Positions 58,409-64,000 of a DNA stretch of 64,000 nt are shown here, piece by piece (the stretch's first letter is position 1; each line of letters starts with the position of its first letter). The position numbers and the translations under genes are program-made. A model generated the notes under the pieces. The model made no database searches. It was not told where the DNA came from and was given only the letters and a program-made list of their open reading frames with translations. Origin of the DNA: Ascoidea asiatica JCM 7603 (Eukaryota; Fungi; Ascomycota); the NCBI GenBank assembly GCA_001600695.1, contig BCKQ01000004.1, positions 291,413-355,412 on the forward strand, read 5' to 3'.

Positions 58409-58908
58409 TTAATAGTTAACACTAATAAGATAATCAGCTAACTTTTCAACAACCATTGTTGCTTCACCAGCTTGAGTACCGGGAGGATAATGTGCAATTA
58501 AAATACATAATTTAGTTCTAACACAAACAACACCCTCAGCTTCATGTTTACCATAAATACTTCTATCATCAGCTCTTAATAAAAAATATTTTTGACCTTG
58601 AATATGTAATCCATTACTTTGCAAACCACTTGCATTATCAAAACCTGTTGATATTTCAGAGATTTCTGGCTGATATAAAATTAAATTATTTGATTGAGCC
58701 CATACTGAATCTCCTGCTTTTGAATAAATTGCAGCTTTGTCAACTTTTCCTGTAGCAACAAGATTATCAGTATATGCTAAAATGATTCAAAAAGAAAACA
58801 ATGCAAAAAAAAGAGAAATTGAAATAAGTTAGTAAATTACTCAAATCAACAAAACTAATATATATTTATTCCCAAAAACATAAAGAAAAACTTACCTTGC
58901 CAAGACAT
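58409..58908 (-). CDS. PFY1: Profilin; exons 58908-58896 and 58776-58409
   Basis: ATG TCT TGG CAA G|GTAAGT; TACTAAC at 58834-58828; TAG at 58777. Spliced product [23 protein letters not shown]...[13 protein letters not shown]. Confidence 0.97.
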
Positions 58909-59592
58909 GATTATAAATTAAATATAAGCGACTTTGAATGTATTTGTAAGAATTTGAATTAAAATTAATAAAATTAATTAAAATTTATTGAAATTTTATT
59001 AGAATTGAATGAAAAATAAGGTAAATAAAAGTCTTCAATTTATTAAAGTGTTGTCAATTGCTGAAGATGAGATCAAATTTATATAATTTATGTATTTGGT
59101 ATCTCGTAGAAAAAGGAGTTAAGTCACACTTGATTATACCTTGTAGCTAACGTTAAGAATGGATACAATATGGCCAACACCGCTAAACTTTGAACTAGTT
59201 CCAGTGGTGTCGCATTTGGGGCCTTGCTGTGCTCTCCAAAGCAAACGCAATTTCACCGCCACAAAACACCAACCTCATTGCTGGCTACAAATAAACTTAC
59301 ATTTAACGGCATAATTATGCATATATATTATGCCTCCGTCTGCTGAAAATGCTGACCCGAAACCTTCATGATACTGGGACCGTTCTTGAATTTTGGGTTA
59401 TTTTTTAAACAATCAGAGCCCTAGAAGAATAGATACTCAAAAAGTCAAGCCTCACAACTCCAGAAATTTTTCTCCAAACGGTTACTTGAAAGTTCAACGC
59501 ACGTGATATTTTTATTCTACAAATGTTCTTATCTTGTTGACAATTATTAGTTTTGTTGCTTGTTTTTTTTGCAAGAATTACGAAGAGTCAGT

Positions 59593-59613
59593 GTTTCGAA
59601 TCTCGCCTCCGCC
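59593..59613 (+). promoter_or_regulatory. Isolated Pol III B-box-like element (ETC6-like) upstream of TFC6
   Basis: GTTTCGAATCTCGCCTCCGCC about 190 bp upstream of the ATG, with no tRNA body or A-box around it. Confidence 0.55.
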
Positions 59614-59789
59614 AATAATCCTTACTTTATTCTTACTTTTGCTTTATTTACTTTTATTCTGTAAGTTCAATAAATATATTAATTCCAATTGACCTTTTTT
59701 TATCCAATATATTCAATTATTATCCTTAATTTATTTGCATTATACTTTTCAACTAGTTGATTTTTTTTTTTTTTTTGTTATATAAAAGA

Positions 59790-62087
59790 ATGTCAGCTCT
59801 TCCTCCTGCTCCTCCTCCAGATATTCCATTGCCAAAATCTCTTATTCAATCTCCAAAATCTAATCCGCCAGTAGATAATTCAAATCAATCTACGATTTCA
59901 AATTCAATTAAATCTCAAAAAATTTTAAAATCTAAAAAGAAATCAAATTTATCGAAAAATAATTTAAAAAAACCTTGTAAAAATTCTTCTTTTTTAAATT
60001 ATTCAATTGAAATTAGTGATAATACTGATAAAATTAATATTAATGATTTAATTGAAATTTTAAATGATCGAAATTTATTCAAGAAATGGTTAAAAGATCT
60101 AGATTTTTCTCCAAATTTTGAAAAAATTGCAAATGCTTTAGCTGATTATTCTTTTAAATCTTTTTCAATTCGTTCTGCTGCTACTTCTCAGTCAAGTAAT
60201 AATAAAGAAAAAAAAACTATTGAATCAAATCTAATAGAAAATAATAGTACTGATAATAGTAATATTGAAAATGATAATAATAATAATGATTTGAATGATA
60301 ACTCACTAAATGATTTTAAAAAAAATGATTCTCAAATTTTAACGTTTCGAAAAGATCCAGGTTCAATTAAAGAAAGATTTCTAACTTTTTTCGGTTCAAA
60401 TAAAAAATTTTTAATTGATATGATTTTGATAAAAGAATTTTTCAATAATAACCATTTTAAATATAACAAAAATTTCTTGAAATTTCTAATAGATTATAAT
60501 ATACGGAATTTTAATGATAATTTTAATAATTTTACTCATTTGATTAATATAAATAATTTGAACAAAATAGTTAATAAAAAAGATCATTATTTCAATAAAA
60601 TCAATTTAAATCAATTCAATTCATTAATAAATTTGGATCAATTATTGAATATTTATTTAAATTATAATCAATCTTTTACCTTAAATCCAAATTCGATTGA
60701 CTCTTTATCAATCAATTCAAATTTAAATTCAAATAATAATCTAAAACTTTCAACTAATAGAAATGTTCACTTTTTAAATTTCGGTGGTTTGATAACAAAT
60801 GTATCTTGGCTTTTATATTCAATAAAAATTAATTCAAATTTTCAATATTTATTTGTTTCTGGGATAAAAACCTCTGGCGACACTTCAATCGATTCAATTA
60901 ATCCAAATTTATCTTTATTTTCAACTATTAATAAATCTTTAAATTTAAATTTGATTTCTTGTTTAAGAATTTATAAATTAAATCTTAAAAAAAATACTTT
61001 AAAAATTTATCAATCCTGGATTTTTCAAAAATGGGGTTATCCAAAATCAATTAAATTTGCTAAAATTGATTGTTTATCCGATAATAATGATAGCAATTTA
61101 ATTTCAATATTCTCATGTATATTTTCAGATGGTAAATTAAGATTATTTAAGTTTTTTAAAAATGATAATGATAATGAGAAAGATGAAGGAGAAGAAAAAG
61201 ATGATGATGTAAATATGGATGAAGATGAAAAATTTTATGACCCTGAATATTTAAATGTTAAAAATTGTTTTTTAGAATTATCATTACCTTCTTATGAAAT
61301 TACTTGTCATGACTGGCTTAATCCAACTACCATAATCGTTGGTACAAATCTTGGATTCATAGCTGAATTCAAAATTGATGATGAAGATTATATGTATCCA
61401 TCGTTTATTGTTAGAAGACATGAAAATTATATTATTAATATTATATCACAACCTGGAAATTCATATTTAAATAATAACATTATTTTATCAACTGGATTTG
61501 ATGGTTATCATGTTCAATCAGATTTGAAAGATATTTCTTCAACTTATGCATATAGTACAAGATCCAAAATTATTGGACAGATTAGTGAATATTCACCATT
61601 ATTATCGGGGTATATAACTATAGATCTCAGAGAGGCTAGAATTACACCTGCAAAATATTTGAATAGTTCCTTACCAATATCAAAACATGAAGGATCAATA
61701 ACGTCAATTTCAGCATCAAGATTACATCCATTATTATTAACAGGAGGTGCAGATGGTCAAGTATTTATAGCTAATGCAGGCAGAAGATATTTAAATTCTA
61801 GAAAAATTCCTATAAACACGTTTGATATATTAAAATTATGGAAAATCTTATTCAATAGATTTACAAAATCTTATAATTTATTAGATAAATATGAACTATG
61901 TCCAGTATTGCCAGATCCAAAAGGATTTATAAATAATGTTTCAACAATTTTTCCTCCCGAAATAATTATAAATAATCTTAATTGGAATGAAAATGTTAAT
62001 TGTAGTAATATATATTCATTAGCGACAACCAAAGGGTTAATAATTGTTGAAATTTTTGATTCATTGCTTGAAGATGATAAATCTTAA
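59790..62087 (+). CDS. TFC6: TFIIIC tau91 subunit, Tfc6/Sfc6-like WD40 protein
   Basis: LNFGGLITNVSWL, QYLFVS, WGYPKSIKF, ITCHDW..VGTNLGFIAEF, SRLHPLLLTGGADG, WNEN..LAT.KGLIIVE; first ATG is at 59790. Confidence 0.75.
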   Translation: MSALPPAPPPDIPLPKSLIQSPKSNPPVDNSNQSTISNSIKSQKILKSKKKSNLSKNNLKKPCKNSSFLNYSIEISDNTDKININDLIEILNDRNLFKKWLKDLDFSPNFEKIANALADYSFKSFSIRSAATSQSSNNKEKKTIESNLIENNSTDNSNIENDNNNNDLNDNSLNDFKKNDSQILTFRKDPGSIKERFLTFFGSNKKFLIDMILIKEFFNNNHFKYNKNFLKFLIDYNIRNFNDNFNNFTHLININNLNKIVNKKDHYFNKINLNQFNSLINLDQLLNIYLNYNQSFTLNPNSIDSLSINSNLNSNNNLKLSTNRNVHFLNFGGLITNVSWLLYSIKINSNFQYLFVSGIKTSGDTSIDSINPNLSLFSTINKSLNLNLISCLRIYKLNLKKNTLKIYQSWIFQKWGYPKSIKFAKIDCLSDNNDSNLISIFSCIFSDGKLRLFKFFKNDNDNEKDEGEEKDDDVNMDEDEKFYDPEYLNVKNCFLELSLPSYEITCHDWLNPTTIIVGTNLGFIAEFKIDDEDYMYPSFIVRRHENYIINIISQPGNSYLNNNIILSTGFDGYHVQSDLKDISSTYAYSTRSKIIGQISEYSPLLSGYITIDLREARITPAKYLNSSLPISKHEGSITSISASRLHPLLLTGGADGQVFIANAGRRYLNSRKIPINTFDILKLWKILFNRFTKSYNLLDKYELCPVLPDPKGFINNVSTIFPPEIIINNLNWNENVNCSNIYSLATTKGLIIVEIFDSLLEDDKS

Positions 62088-62829
62088 TTTGTTTATTAGC
62101 TTACTTATTCATTATTTTTTTTTTTTTCAATTATTTTCTTTTCAATTCTGTTAATGTATTAGTACTATTACTGTTGCTATTATTATTATCTCTGTTATTA
62201 TTATTACTATTATTATCATCGTCATTTACTTGCTTTTGTACTACTACTTAATGATATTTTCTGAAATCTTTTATTTCTTTACTTCTACTTTTACTACTTT
62301 CGCTATTAATTTTATAGACTGTATGTTATTATTTATAATGATATTTTTACGATTTATTAGGTGATAATTTACTTTCCTTTTTATGATAGAGATATATTGA
62401 ATATAATATATATATATAGTAATAATAGTAAAAATTGATAATATATAGAATAAAAAGTATATTATCAAAAAAATTGTGTTTTTTTTTTTTTTTTAAACTG
62501 CAAATCAATTTTTTTTTCAAAAAAAATAAAAAAAAGAATTGAAAAACTTTAATAATTATATAAAAGAATGAATAAATGATTGAATGAATAAATAAATGAT
62601 TGATTTATTGAATGAAAGAGGGAATAATGATTTATTCAAGATAATAATACATTTTAAAGTAAAAGGGTAGCGAAACGGCTAAATATAGGGAGGGGGGGAA
62701 TAATGAAAAGGATCTGGGATTGTGATTATAAAAGTTTAGTGATTGAAGTTTTAATTAGGACTTAACTTGATTCTTATTTATTTTTAATATTTTTAATATT
62801 TCTAGTGATTTTAAGTTATTTTTTTGAAA

Positions 62830-63486
62830 TTAGACAATTTTTTGTTTAACGAAAAAAGATTTAAGATGTTTTAATTGAAAATAACCAACAATAACTAATA
62901 GAACTAATTGAAAAATAGACCATCTAACAACTCTACCATTAGTGTGTTCACTGGAATCTCTAAAACTTTCTTCTCTTTCTCTAATTAATTGCTGTTCTCT
63001 TTGAATTTCTTCAACTTTTGAATTTAAATCAATAATTTTATTTGTAAGCCAATTAACATCATCCAGTTTTTTTGAATCTATGACAGCAGAATAACCAATT
63101 GCCATATCTAAAAAAATTCTAATTTTTTTATTTTTAATCGGATATTCTGGAATTAAACAAAATTTATGTTCACCAGAATCTAAAGAAGTAAAAGTAAATT
63201 CGCCATCAGATTTTGCTTTTTGAGATACAACTCTATGATTATTATCAAAAGTTTCATCAACAGTTAAACTTAAAATTAAATCAAATGGATGAGTATAATC
63301 ATTTGTATCATCATTATATATTGAAGCATCAAATTTAGTTACAACTAAAGTATCGATTGGTAATTCTTCAAAGAAACATTTTTTCTCTCCAGGAATCGAA
63401 TAATAATGTAAAGCATTAATAAATTTTATATTTAGTAACAATATATATAATATTGAAGAATATAGCCATATTTTATTGTTTATCAT
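62830..63486 (-). CDS. ERP1: p24/emp24 family cargo receptor (Erp1-like)
   Basis: Signal peptide, KKCFFEEL, ETFDNNHRVV, SGEHKFC (GOLD domain), EQQLIREREESFRD, TM helix, FFVKQKIV tail. Confidence 0.88.
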   Translation of the reverse strand: MINNKIWLYSSILYILLLNIKFINALHYYSIPGEKKCFFEELPIDTLVVTKFDASIYNDDTNDYTHPFDLILSLTVDETFDNNHRVVSQKAKSDGEFTFTSLDSGEHKFCLIPEYPIKNKKIRIFLDMAIGYSAVIDSKKLDDVNWLTNKIIDLNSKVEEIQREQQLIREREESFRDSSEHTNGRVVRWSIFQLVLLVIVGYFQLKHLKSFFVKQKIV

Positions 63487-63904
63487 TTTGAATATATTTA
63501 TATTTATATTAATATTAATATTTTATATCTCTTGATGATTTTGAATTATATTATTGATATGATATTCAGTATTAGTATCAATAATATATTCCTATGAATA
63601 GCTATTCATAAGGTCAAAGAATAAACGGTCTTCTTGCACTTGTTCCTGTTCCTGGTTCTGCTGGTGATTCTGTTCCTGTTCCAAGTTCTGGGCCAAGGCT
63701 GGCGCTGTGTTGTGTTGTTTTCATAGCGGGGCTGGTGCAGAGGCTGGTAGAAAGCTGGTAAAGGGGCGTTTAAGGAGCGTGTGCGGCTGATGTTAAGCCA
63801 GTGGCTCATTAGGTTAGACGCCACATATGCAGCCACACATGGACACAAGCTTAATTAATCTAGGGCAAGATATTTATCTACACAAAAAATAGACAAAGAA
63901 TTAA

Positions 63905-63905
<1 letters not shown>

Positions 63906-64000
<95 letters not shown>
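63906..64000 (+). repeat. (TAAA)n microsatellite running off the window
   Basis: More than 23 perfect TAAA units. Confidence 0.95.

Noticed and set aside
59540-59615. tRNA gene ending TTCGAATCTCGCCTCCGCCA
   Set aside because: No acceptor-stem partner, D-arm or A-box upstream; kept only as an isolated B-box
63906-64000. Telomeric repeat
   Set aside because: Pure TAAA with no G-rich strand; an ordinary microsatellite

Overview
This is a very AT-rich (roughly 20-25% GC by eye) eukaryotic window from a budding yeast (Saccharomycotina). It has yeast-type spliceosomal introns (GTATGT/GTAAGT ... TACTAAC ... YAG) and many Asn-rich expansions. An Ascoidea-like lineage is a plausible inference but is not proven. 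About 22 host genes are present: the 3' end of a PTS1-bearing ORF, COA6, a two-intron HAD hydrolase, a tandem MoaA/MoaC (MOCS1A/MOCS1B) pair, a CCW12-like GPI wall protein, RPL14, TRS120, SLU7, UBA4, a Sps1/Sid1-like kinase, SSD1, LPX1, MLS1, an ELL-like elongation factor, a WDR62/MAPKBP1-like protein, SVF1, KEI1, ESF1, SHE9, a YCII protein, PFY1, TFC6 and ERP1. A decayed full-length Ty3/gypsy retrotransposon occupies 29802-35964. The three main observations are: (1) a cryptic, frame-preserving intron that would remove the MoaA stop codon and fuse MoaA to MoaC through an MPP-like linker; (2) a B-box (ETC6-like) upstream of TFC6; (3) an LTR element with a 4-bp target duplication and no canonical PBS or PPT, inserted in the LPX1-MLS1 divergent promoter. 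Gene identities rest on motif recognition from memory; no searches were run.
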